64,000 bases of DNA from Armatimonadota bacterium (lineage in GTDB: Bacteria; Armatimonadota; UBA10988). The notes under the pieces were generated by a model that made no database searches, had not been told where the DNA came from, and saw only the letters and a program-made list of their open reading frames with translations. Of this stretch, positions 8,553 through 18,500 are shown one piece after another (position 1 is the first letter of the stretch; every line of letters begins with the position of its first letter). The stretch is from positions 1 through 64,000 of the forward strand of contig JACRKZ010000082.1 in assembly GCA_016235455.1 (NCBI GenBank). The letters are read 5' to 3'. The position numbers and the translations under genes are program-made.

Positions 8553-11189
8553 ATGAGCCCTTCCGCCACCTGCCTGACGCTGCTGCTGGCCACCGTGGCC
8601 GGCGCCGCCAGCCTGGAGTCCGGCACCGTCGATGGCCGCCGAGGGCTGCTGCTCGACGGCCGGCCGTTGCTGGCGCTGGATACGCCGTGGGTAGCCAGTT
8701 CCAGCTGGAGCCAGGTCTACCGCGCGCCGGGCGACCTGCCGAACACCTCGAGCACGCGCACCCTCGACGGCCCGCATGGCCACCTCGTGGAGAAGCTGAC
8801 CATCGGGCCAGACGCGCTCACGCTGCGTTACGAGTTCGCCTTCGCGGAACTGGCCGGTGGTGCCAATCTGCAGTGGGTGCTGCGGCTGGAGCCCAGTCGG
8901 TTCGACGGCGCCATGATCGATGCGCAAGCCGCGGCTGGCTCGGGGCTACGGGCCATCGCCGGCGCCGCGGCCGGCGGACTCAAGCGGCTTGGGGTGATCC
9001 TGGGAGGGTCGGAAGTGCTCTTCGACGTCTCGGCCTCGAGCGGCGAATGGAAGTTTGGTGACCAGCGTGAGGCAGCGTGGGCCAAGTGCTACCGGCTGGA
9101 ATGGAACCGGCCGTTCGTCGAGGGCGGCCAGCGCGCGGGTTGGGTGGAGCTGAGTGTGCGCCGCGCCGATGTCGATCGCGCAGCCGTGGCCGCTCGGCTC
9201 GACGCGGCCGTGACCGAGGCCGTCCTGCCCCTGGACGGGACCTGGCGAGCGCAGCCGCCCGGCCAGGCCGAGCGGGACGTGCCGGTACCGGCCCGGTGGG
9301 AAGGGCTGCCAGGCCTGCGCGACGTGCACGAACTGACCTACCGACGCACCTTCGACGTGCCCGAGACCATGTCCGGGCGGCGCCTGGTGCTGCGTTTCGA
9401 CGCCGTCGGCGAGTTCGCCGAGGTGCGTGTCAACGGCCGCTCGGCGGGCCGCGCGCTGCTGGGCCCGCTGCCGGGCGAATTCGACGTCACCGACCTGGTG
9501 GCCGCGCCGTCGACCAACAACCGGCTGGAAGTGCTGGTGGCCGATGACACGTGCTTCGCCGTGCCGCGGCCGAGCAGCGACTGGCGCAACACACGCTCAT
9601 GGCTGGCACACGGCATCGGCGCGAACAACCGCAAGGGCCTGTTCCAGAGCGTCAGCCTGCGCGCGCGACCGCCGGTGTGGATCGCCGACGCGCGCATCCG
9701 CACCTCGGTGCGCGACCACACGCTCACTGTGACCTACGAGATCCACAACAGCTACAAAGAGACGCTGCGCGCCACCTTGGCCACCGCCGTACGCCCCTGG
9801 CCCGACGGCGCTGCGGCGTTGACGCCGTCGGCGCTGACACCGCCACCGCTGACCGTGGAACTGCCCGGCTTTGTCACCACGCAGGTCACGGTGACCGCGC
9901 CCTGGGCCAACCCGACGCTGTGGCAACCCGACCATCCGGCGCTGTATGTGCTGCGCGCGACGCTGACCGACGCCGTCAGCGGCCCGCTGTGCCGCCGCGA
10001 AGACCGCTTCGGCTTCCGCGAGGTGGGCTTCGAGGGCACGCAGTTCCGGCTCAACGGCATCCGCTGCAACCTGCGCGGCGAGAGCCCCAGCTATGCCGAG
10101 CGCGCCGGCTGGATGGACACCCGGGAACAGGCCGAGCGCCTGGTGAAGCGCGCGCTGTCGGCCAACTTCAACGTGGTGCGCTTCCATGCCGCGCCGGCGC
10201 CGCCGCACGTGCTGGACGTGTGCGATGAACAGGGCCTGCTGGTCATCGACGAGAGCGGCATCTACGCCAGTTGGGGCATGCTGATGCCCGAGCACCCCGA
10301 GTTCATGCCGGAGTGCGAGCGCCATCTGACGCGCTGGGTGCGCCGCGACCGCAACCACCCAGCGGTGGTGCTCTGGTCAGCCGAGAACGAAGGCCTCAAC
10401 GTCAACGCACTGGCTCCGGCGCAACTCAAGCGGTATGCCGAGGTGATCAACGCCAACGACGGAACGCGGCCGGTGGTCTTCGACGGCGACGGCACCGGCG
10501 AGGGCGCGTCGCCGGCCAGCGTGAAGCACTACGTACGCACCATCGACGACCTGCGCAACCGCGGCGGGCGCTCCTCGGGCTACGGCCGCGACATGCGCAC
10601 GGACATCTACTGGGCGGCGGAATACAAGCAGGACGTGCCGCTGGGCATGGGCGAGTTCCTCTATCCCGAGACCCAGGAGATGAAGAGCGCCATGCCCGAA
10701 TTGCTGGCGCAGATGGGCCTGCAGACACGCGGCTATCGATATGCAAACTGGTTCGATATCCGCCCGTACAACCCGTTCTACAGCGGCTACCAGACGGACG
10801 CCGGGGTCAAGCCCGAGTACCGCGCGGCGTGGGACATCCTGACCCGGTCGTTCGCCGCGGTGGGCGTGTTCGACCGGGACTACGACGCGCTGGGCGGCTT
10901 CCCCAAGCCGCCGGTGCTGCCGGTCGGGCAGAAGGCCGAGCGCACGCTGATCGTCTACAACGACACCTTCGCCGGCGAGACGGTGAGCCTGGAATGGACG
11001 CTGCTGGCTGGCGACCAGCGCCTGGCCGGCGAGACGCGCGAGTTGCGCATCGGCCTGGGCGAGCATGTCGAGGTGCCTATCGCCTTCACCCCGGTCCAGC
11101 CGGGCGCGCTGACGCTGCGACTCGTCTCGCGCAAGGGCGGCGTCGAGACGTTCCGCGATGAGCGGGCCTTCGAGGCGCGTCCGCAATAA
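8553..11189 (+). CDS. Glycoside hydrolase family 2-like protein
   Basis: LDGTW sugar-binding start, LWQPDHPALY, FGFRE, DVCDEQGLLVIDE, RDRNHPAVVLWSAENE acid/base motif, GMGEF. Signal peptide. Confidence 0.85.
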   Translation: MSPSATCLTLLLATVAGAASLESGTVDGRRGLLLDGRPLLALDTPWVASSSWSQVYRAPGDLPNTSSTRTLDGPHGHLVEKLTIGPDALTLRYEFAFAELAGGANLQWVLRLEPSRFDGAMIDAQAAAGSGLRAIAGAAAGGLKRLGVILGGSEVLFDVSASSGEWKFGDQREAAWAKCYRLEWNRPFVEGGQRAGWVELSVRRADVDRAAVAARLDAAVTEAVLPLDGTWRAQPPGQAERDVPVPARWEGLPGLRDVHELTYRRTFDVPETMSGRRLVLRFDAVGEFAEVRVNGRSAGRALLGPLPGEFDVTDLVAAPSTNNRLEVLVADDTCFAVPRPSSDWRNTRSWLAHGIGANNRKGLFQSVSLRARPPVWIADARIRTSVRDHTLTVTYEIHNSYKETLRATLATAVRPWPDGAAALTPSALTPPPLTVELPGFVTTQVTVTAPWANPTLWQPDHPALYVLRATLTDAVSGPLCRREDRFGFREVGFEGTQFRLNGIRCNLRGESPSYAERAGWMDTREQAERLVKRALSANFNVVRFHAAPAPPHVLDVCDEQGLLVIDESGIYASWGMLMPEHPEFMPECERHLTRWVRRDRNHPAVVLWSAENEGLNVNALAPAQLKRYAEVINANDGTRPVVFDGDGTGEGASPASVKHYVRTIDDLRNRGGRSSGYGRDMRTDIYWAAEYKQDVPLGMGEFLYPETQEMKSAMPELLAQMGLQTRGYRYANWFDIRPYNPFYSGYQTDAGVKPEYRAAWDILTRSFAAVGVFDRDYDALGGFPKPPVLPVGQKAERTLIVYNDTFAGETVSLEWTLLAGDQRLAGETRELRIGLGEHVEVPIAFTPVQPGALTLRLVSRKGGVETFRDERAFEARPQ

Positions 11190-11250
11190 ACGGTGTCAGG
11201 GACCGTTTTCTCAATGACTGAGAAAACGGTCCCTGACACCGTTTATTGCG
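11182..11250. repeat. Perfect 32-bp inverted repeat (REP-like family A); possible bidirectional terminator
   Basis: CGCAATAAACGGTGTCAGGGACCGTTTTCTCA-ATGAC-reverse complement, between convergent genes. Shares AAACGGTGTCAGGGACC with 2869-2948. Confidence 0.95.
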
Positions 11251-13386
11251 CTACAGCGGACTCCCATGCACCGCCACCCACGGCGACCAGGCGCCCGTGG
11301 CATGGAGCCTGGTCTGCCGGCGCCACAGCCGGCCGGCACCGAAGGCGTAGAGCTGATTGAGCCCGGCGCCGCCCAGGCACACAGCCTCGGCACGGGCGAG
11401 CCCCGGCAGCGGCAGGATGACCTGCGTCGGGCCGTCATCGGCGCAGATCTGCACGCCAGCACGCGTGGCGATGAGGGGCTGGCCCTCGCGGGCGAAGACG
11501 ACCGAGGTAGCGCCGGCCTCGTCGTCCCAGTCGTTCACGTTGAGGCAGTAGTAGCGCTCGCGGTTCGTCAGCTTGCCGTCGTCGGCCACCTGGTAGCTGT
11601 AGACCCACTTCGACGCGCCGTCGGCCACGGCCAGCAGCCACTGGTCGGGCCGGCAGGCCAGGCCGGTGGCCTGCTTGAGGCCGGTGTCCACCACGCTCAC
11701 CTGGCCGTCTCTGACCAACGAGACCTGACCGCCTCCCGTCACGTACAGGCTACCGTCGGGCCGGGCCAGGAGGTAGTCGCCGCGCACGCCTTCGGCAACG
11801 GTCGTGGCTTTCCCGTCGGCGCCGTAGCGCAGCAGCCGGCCGGTGGCGGCTGATACGCTGTATAGCTCGTCCTTGGCGCCGATGGCCAGGCCGTTGACCA
11901 CCGGCGCGTCGGCGATGCGCACAGTGATCGCGCCATCGGTGCCGATCGCGCGGATCTGGCTGCGGGCTACGTCGACAAACAGCACCTCGCCGCGTGAGGT
12001 GCACACCGGGCTGCGCACCTCGCCCAGGCGCTCGGCGACGAGCTCCCAGCCCTGGCCATCGACGATGCAGTCGCGCACGCGCGGCGCGCTGGTGCCGGGC
12101 TTGACCGGTTCGGGCCAGCCCTTCCACAAGCAGCGCATGGCCTCCAGCCAGTGCTCGTTCCAGCCGGCCACGTGCGGGCCGTCGATGGCGTGGAACTGGT
12201 AGTCGTAGCCGGCGAACTTGAGTGCCTTGTCCATCTCCTGGTCCAGCAGGTACCAGTCGCCCGCGCAGTTCTCCATGTCGTGCGTACCGGTGGTCAGATA
12301 GGCGCGGATAGGCTTGGCCTCGGTCTTGCGCACCAGCGTGGGGAACTCGTGACCGCCGCGGAAGGCGACGAAGCTGCCGCTGTTGGCATAGACCCGAGAG
12401 AAGGCGTCGGGCCGCCACCAGGCGGCGTTGAAGGCGCAGATGCCGCCACTGCTGCCACCGGCGATGCAGCGGTCGTTGCCGCGCTCCGAGAGTTTCAGGT
12501 CGAAGGTCCTGGCCACATACGGCAGCAACTCCTCGACCAGGAACCGCGGGTAGGCATCGCCCACGCCATCGTACTCCAGGCCGCGGTTGCGCCGGCCCAG
12601 CGTGTCCTTCATCGGTGCGGGCAGATCGCCGGGCCGGATGAACACACCGATGGTCACGGGCATCTCCCCATCGGCGATGAGTTGCTCCATCATGCTCTTC
12701 TCGCGCGGGTTGTAGCCGTCCTGACGCACGTAGACGCAGGCTGGCCTGGTGCCGTCGTACTGCGCGGGAATGAACACCGTGCCGGCGCGGCGCGTGCCGG
12801 GGAAGATGGCGCTGGTCTCGAACGTGAAGTCGCGGATCGTACCCTTGGGCGGCAACGGCTTGTTCAGGTCGCCCACGGCCGCCGGCCAGGTGGCGGCCGG
12901 CATGGGCCGCAAGAGCCATTGCAGGTGCTCGTCGTCGGCGTTGTAGGTCCATAGATCCTGGCGCGAGCCGGGCCTCTGGCCGCCGGCGAAGTCGTCCAGG
13001 CCCTGGGCCGGCGCATGGCGGGGGATCAGGCTGAAGGTGTTGCTGGGGTTGTGCCGGATGCTCCAGCGCTGCCACGGCTGGCCGGTGTCGGCGGTCAGCA
13101 CGATCAGCGTGCCGTTGTCGCTCTTGCCGTCCGCCGCGCCCATGACCATGGTCTTGGCATGGGCCGGCCGGATGGCATAGAAGCCATCACCGGCCGGCTC
13201 GATGATCCACTGCTGGTGCGTGGCCTTGGCCGGTTCGCCGATGGAGACGACCGTGCCCTCGGCGGCAGCCGCGCCGACGGCCTCCAGCACCATCTCCGGC
13301 GCGCTGACCGGGATGATCGTGAACGAGCCGCCCCAGTCCTGGGCCTGCGCCGCCGCACAAGCCGCCACCAACCAGAACATCCACAT
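11251..13386 (-). CDS. Secreted fusion: ricin-B lectin + alpha/beta-hydrolase esterase + SMP-30/gluconolactonase propeller
   Basis: QxW repeats (HQQW, WQRW, HLQW). GGSSGG nucleophile elbow in an Fes-like esterase. C-terminal propeller with PTQVILPLP. Confidence 0.8.
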   Translation of the reverse strand: MWMFWLVAACAAAQAQDWGGSFTIIPVSAPEMVLEAVGAAAAEGTVVSIGEPAKATHQQWIIEPAGDGFYAIRPAHAKTMVMGAADGKSDNGTLIVLTADTGQPWQRWSIRHNPSNTFSLIPRHAPAQGLDDFAGGQRPGSRQDLWTYNADDEHLQWLLRPMPAATWPAAVGDLNKPLPPKGTIRDFTFETSAIFPGTRRAGTVFIPAQYDGTRPACVYVRQDGYNPREKSMMEQLIADGEMPVTIGVFIRPGDLPAPMKDTLGRRNRGLEYDGVGDAYPRFLVEELLPYVARTFDLKLSERGNDRCIAGGSSGGICAFNAAWWRPDAFSRVYANSGSFVAFRGGHEFPTLVRKTEAKPIRAYLTTGTHDMENCAGDWYLLDQEMDKALKFAGYDYQFHAIDGPHVAGWNEHWLEAMRCLWKGWPEPVKPGTSAPRVRDCIVDGQGWELVAERLGEVRSPVCTSRGEVLFVDVARSQIRAIGTDGAITVRIADAPVVNGLAIGAKDELYSVSAATGRLLRYGADGKATTVAEGVRGDYLLARPDGSLYVTGGGQVSLVRDGQVSVVDTGLKQATGLACRPDQWLLAVADGASKWVYSYQVADDGKLTNRERYYCLNVNDWDDEAGATSVVFAREGQPLIATRAGVQICADDGPTQVILPLPGLARAEAVCLGGAGLNQLYAFGAGRLWRRQTRLHATGAWSPWVAVHGSPL

Positions 13387-13447
13387 CGCACCCTCTCCCA
13401 TTGCCGCGGACACGCCCGCGTGCTACGGTCTGGCTCGGAGACCGCTC

Positions 13448-14554
13448 ATGTGGCTGGCCGCGCTGTCCATGCTAGCACCCCCGCTGCCCGCGCACTACGC
13501 CTTGCCGATCCTGGATCTTGCCTTCGAGACCGAGCGGCAGGTGGTGGTCGACCGTGAAGCCAACCAGTACCTGGGCCACGTGTCGACGCTGCTGCTGCCC
13601 GACGGCAAGACGATCCTGGCGGTCTACCCCAAGGGCCATGGCAAGGGCGCGATCATCTACCGGCGTAGCACCGACGGCGGGCTGACCTGGTCGCCGCGGC
13701 TGGGCGTACCCGAGAACTGGGCCACGTCGCTGGAGACACCGACCATCTACCGGCTCATCGGCCCCGATGGCAAGGCCCGCATTGTGCTCTTCTCCGGCCT
13801 GCAACCCATCCGCAGCGCCGTCTCGGAGGATGACGGCCTGACTTGGTCGCCGCTGCGGCCCGCGGGCACCTGGGGCGGCATCGTGGCCATGGGTGATGTG
13901 CAACGCCTGGCCGACGGCACCTATGCCGCCTGGTTCCACGACGATGGTCGCTTCTTCGAGCCCAAACCGCAGCCGGTGGAACGCATCAAGGTCTACCAAT
14001 CGCTGTCGCACGATGGCGGTCTGACCTGGGCGGCACCGACACTGCTGTTCCAGCACGAGACGGCCGACCTGTGCGAACCGGGCGTGGTGCGCTCGCCCGA
14101 CGGCCGGCGCCTGGCCATGCTCTTGCGCGAGAACACGCGCCGGCAGAACGGCTTCATCAGCTTCTCCGACGACGAGGCCAGGACTTGGAGCACGCCGCGG
14201 CCGATGCCCGCCGCGCTGACCGGCGACCGGCACACGCTGCGCTATGCGCCCGACGGCCGGCTGGTGGCGGTATTCCGCGACATGGCGCTGCAAAGCGTCA
14301 CGTGGGGCGACTTCGTGGCCTGGGTGGGCACGTTCGACGACCTTGTGGCGGGCCGCGAGGGCCAGTATCGCGTGCGCCTGGGCGACAACAAGGAGGGCGC
14401 CGATTGCGGCTATCCCGGCCTGGAAGTGCTGCCCGACGGGACGTTCGTGGCCACCACCTACGGCCACTGGACCGCGGGCCAGCCGCCGTACATCGTCAGC
14501 TTCCGCTTCACGCTGGCGGAGCTGGATGCGCGCCTGGCGCGGGCGCAGCCTTGA
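13448..14554 (+). CDS. BNR/Asp-box (sialidase-fold) protein
   Basis: STDGGLTW, SEDDGLTW, SHDGGLTW, SDDEARTW boxes and DCGYP. ATG follows GGAGA. Confidence 0.85.
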   Translation: MWLAALSMLAPPLPAHYALPILDLAFETERQVVVDREANQYLGHVSTLLLPDGKTILAVYPKGHGKGAIIYRRSTDGGLTWSPRLGVPENWATSLETPTIYRLIGPDGKARIVLFSGLQPIRSAVSEDDGLTWSPLRPAGTWGGIVAMGDVQRLADGTYAAWFHDDGRFFEPKPQPVERIKVYQSLSHDGGLTWAAPTLLFQHETADLCEPGVVRSPDGRRLAMLLRENTRRQNGFISFSDDEARTWSTPRPMPAALTGDRHTLRYAPDGRLVAVFRDMALQSVTWGDFVAWVGTFDDLVAGREGQYRVRLGDNKEGADCGYPGLEVLPDGTFVATTYGHWTAGQPPYIVSFRFTLAELDARLARAQP

Positions 14555-15521
14555 CCGCGCCAGGCGCGGCGTCTGGCCGCAGCAAGACCTTGAGCGCGCC
14601 CGGCTCGGCGGCACGCGCGAATGCCGCCTGCCACTCGCTCAGCGGCCAGACGCCTTCGGTCAGCGCGGCGACGTTCACCTCGCCGCGCGCCAGCGCCGCG
14701 ACCGCCGCCGGCACATCGCCGCAGCGCGAGCCGAGCAGCGCCAGCTCCTTGACCACGGCGAGACTCAGATCGAGGCTGGCCGGCTCGGCGTAGGTGCTCT
14801 TGAGCACCACCGTGCCGCGCGGCCGGGCCAGGCGCAATGCCAGCGCCAGGCCACCGCCGTTGCCCGTCGCTTCGACCACCGCGTCGAAGGCGCTATCGCC
14901 AGCCTCCTCGGCCAACGCGGCAGTCAGCCCCAGTCCGCGCGGCAGAGCCAGCGACGCCTCGCGCCGGCCGAGCACGGTCAACGCCGCGCAGAGCGGTGCC
15001 AACACCTGCGCGCAGAGCAAGCCCAGCCGGCCCGGCCCGACCACCGCCACGCGCGCGCGCGGCCAATCGACGGGCAAGTCGAGCACGTGGCGCGCGGCGG
15101 CCAGCGGCTCGGCCCACACGGCGACGGCGTCGTCGAGGTCGTCGGGCACGGGCACCAGATTGCCCACGGGCAGCACCAGTCGCTCGGCGAAGGCGCCGTC
15201 GCAGCCGATCAGGCCGAGCACGCGGCGGGTCGGGCAGTGCTCGGGTCCGTGGTCGCGGCATTCGGGGCAGGCGCCACAACCCAGGTTGATGGAGGCGACC
15301 ACCCGCCGGGCGAGCCAGTCCTCGTTGTCGCAGGCGACAACCCGGCCGACGAACTCGTGGCCGGGCACGCCGCCGAAGCCCTTGTACCCGGCCAGCAACT
15401 CCAGGTCGGTGCCACAGATGGCGGCCAGGTCGACCTCGATCAGCGCCTCGCCGTGGCCGGGCGTGGGCTCGGGGTGGTCGGCGGCCAGGTGGAACTGTGG
15501 GGCGAGGAGCAGGGCTTTCAT
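14508..15521 (-). CDS. Zn-dependent medium-chain alcohol dehydrogenase
   Basis: ICGTD, GHEFVG, CGACPEC...HC structural Zn site, GPGRLG Rossmann motif. Confidence 0.9.
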   Translation of the reverse strand: MKALLLAPQFHLAADHPEPTPGHGEALIEVDLAAICGTDLELLAGYKGFGGVPGHEFVGRVVACDNEDWLARRVVASINLGCGACPECRDHGPEHCPTRRVLGLIGCDGAFAERLVLPVGNLVPVPDDLDDAVAVWAEPLAAARHVLDLPVDWPRARVAVVGPGRLGLLCAQVLAPLCAALTVLGRREASLALPRGLGLTAALAEEAGDSAFDAVVEATGNGGGLALALRLARPRGTVVLKSTYAEPASLDLSLAVVKELALLGSRCGDVPAAVAALARGEVNVAALTEGVWPLSEWQAAFARAAEPGALKVLLRPDAAPGAVKAAPAPGAHPAPPA

Positions 15522-15535
15522 CGCGATGCTCCCGT

Positions 15536-18500
15536 CTACTTTGCCACCAGCCGCACCCGCACCGTCTCGCCGAACGCCGCGCCGGCGGCGGTGCTGACGC
15601 GGGCCGAGAGCGTGCGGTCGCCCTCGGCGGTCAGCGTGAAGATCACCTCGGCGGTGCCGAAGCGCGGCGTCGCCGGCACATCCAGCGTCTCGGCGCCGAG
15701 CGTCAGACGGCAGCCATCCCAGGCCGCCTCGCCAGTGTTCACCAGCTTCACGGTCACCTTGAGCGGACCACCGCCCGCAACGCTGAGCGCCTGCCCGTTC
15801 TCACCGCGAGCGCTGCCGCCGGGCCAGACGACCTCGATGCCGGCCACCTCCGCGTTGGCGTGCTTGAGCGGGCCGCTACCGGCATACGGCACGTTGCCCA
15901 CCTGCACCAGGGGCATGTCCCGTGTGCTCTTGCCGGTCGCCTCGGTGACCAGGCGAACGCTCTTGCCCTGGGCGGTCAGGCGGCGGAACTCGGCATCCTT
16001 GGCGCTCCAAAGCCCGAAGAGCCCGCGCGCGTCGGCGTCGCGATCGACCAACAGCGTGGGCGAGTCCGGCGCCGGCTTGAGCAGTTCGGCCTGCACCTGC
16101 CGACCCACCTCGGCCGCAGCCAGCAGGGCCTCGCGCGGCGTGCCGTCAGGCTCCACCACGCCGTAGTCGCTACGCTCGTTGACGCGCCACCCGCCGGGCC
16201 ACCACCAGCCGGCCGATGCCGCGGCACGGTCCTGCAGGCACAGCCGCAGCGTGCCGCGCCAGATGGCCGTCTGCTGCGCACGAGTGTCGGGCGTGCCACC
16301 GCGTGCCCCGATGCTATGGCCGAACTCGGCCCAGAACACCGGCTTGCCCGCGCCGGCCCACTTGCCCCAGGCGGTGATGAAGCCGGTGCCCGAGGCTTTG
16401 GCCCAGTCGGGCGACATGCCGTAGCCCTCGGGCGAGGCGAAGTCCAGGTGCGCGGCGCCCGAGGTCAGATCGTAGGCCATGACCCGGCCGGCCCATTCCT
16501 GGCCCGTGCCGCCGTAGCCGGTGCGCACACCCAGCAGCAGATCGGGGTCGAGGCTGCGCAGCGAGCGGCAGACGCGGCCGTAGCGCCGGCTGATCAGGTC
16601 GTCGGCGAAGCGGCGATAGGCCGCCACCATGATGCGATGCGGACCATCGCTGCCGATCTGCTGGTCGGTGGGATTGCTGACCTGGCCGGCTTCGCGCGGC
16701 GCAGCCAGGCCCCAGGCCCGTTCGGCACTCTCGACACTGCCGTACTGCTCGACGATCCAGGCCCGCCACTCGCCATCCCAGCGCGTGCGCTCGGCATGGT
16801 TGCCCAGCCGCGGCTCCCAGTGCAGGTCGAGCATGGCCACCGTGTCGTTGCCGACCACCCGCGCCGAGGTCAACAGATCACGGTCGTGCTCGGGGTTGAA
16901 GCCCAGTCCGCCAGCCGAGCTGGTGAACAGGTTGACCCAGATGCCGTGCGCGCGGCAGCGCTCGAGAAAGTCGATCATCGGCTCAGGATGGCCGGGCTGG
17001 ATGCTGACCAGGTTGAGCCCCAGCTTCTGCATCAGCGCCAGATCGGCCTCAACCACGTCGGGGTCGTAGTCCTCGCGCTTGAGCCAGCCGTTGTTGTAGC
17101 GGTCGGGCTCCAGGCCGCTGACGTTGCGCGGCCAGTAGTTGACGCCGTTGAGGAAGACAGGCCGCCCGCCGACGCGGAACGTGTCGCCCTGGACCCGCAC
17201 GCGACGGGCCGCCGACACCACCGGGGTCTTGGGCACGATGCGCAACGGCGTGGCGCCCGAGTCAACCACCTGGCCGGCAACCAACACCTCGACGCCGACC
17301 CGATGCAGGCCAACACCAAGCCCCGTGGCCGGCTGGACCAGCGCACCGCGCTGCGCACCGGCCGCCAGGTCCACCTCAATCGTCTGCGGCCGGCCGTCGA
17401 CGGTCACTCGCACCGACACCTTCTGGTTGGCGGCTCCACAGTTGAGCAGGCGCGCGCCGAGCGGCACCGGCTCGCCTTCGACATGGACGATCTTCTCCGG
17501 CCCACCGTTGAGCAGCCAGACACCGGCCCGCGCCGCTCGCAACGCCTCGGCGTCGTTGCCCACGCCGCTCGGTTGCCAGAAGATCGCCGCGCCCTTGGTG
17601 GTGACGTAGCGACTGAGGCCGCCGGCCAGCGTCTGGTGCCGGCCTTCGAGCTCGGCCGCGAGGGTCTGGCCGCGCGGTCGCTGGTACGGGATGCGCCGGC
17701 CGTCGGCCGTCTCCCACTGCTTGTACCAGGGCGATAGCGTCTCGATGACCGGCGGCGTGAACGCCTCAAAGGTCACCGGCGAAGCCGCCGTGCGGATGGA
17801 GCCGATGTGCAGCTCGAACGGGCCGGCGTGGGTCGTGCCGAAGCCCGTGGCGGGTCCGAACGACAGGCCCTTGGCATGGTCGGGCCGAAACTGCGTGTCG
17901 CGCCGCGCCTCGGGTGAGCCGTCGGCCCAGAAGCCGAACGCCGACGGATCGAGCACATGCTTGGTCCACGTGTCGGTCAGCGGGATGGCGGCAATCCAGC
18001 GCGAGCCGTCGTCCTCGCGCCACTCCAACGTCGTGGCCTGGCCGGGCGTGCCCTTGACCCAGACCACGGTCAGCGTCTCGCCGGCGCCGAAGCGAGCTTC
18101 ATTGGCGGCCAGCGTGTGCCAGCCATTGAACTCGGGCAGGCTGAGCCGAGCCGCGTCGCGGGCGCCGGCCGGGCCGGGCTGGCCGTAGAGCAGTTCCGAC
18201 TTGGCGGCCGAGTTGTTGGTGGCCACGCGCAGGCCGGCGTCGCGGCCCAGATCGAGCGCCGTGCCGCGGCCGTCGACCGCCGCCAGGGCATCGTCGCGCG
18301 TCTTCCAGGTGCCGTCGGGCAGCTTGAAGAGCGGATCAGCGAACGGCTCGGCGCCGCCGGCATACAGGTCGCCGCCCTGCTCGATCCACTCGACCACGGC
18401 GCGCATGGTCGCCACGGGCAGGCGCCGCAGCGAGTCGACCAGCAGCAGACGGTCGAGCGCGGGGTCGAGTTTGAGATCGACGGGCGATGCCAGCCGGATC

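Noticed and set aside
2869-11250. Family-A palindromes as ends of a composite transposon, or as CRISPR repeats
   Set aside because: Each is a self-contained hairpin. No transposase, target duplication, spacer array or cas gene is seen.
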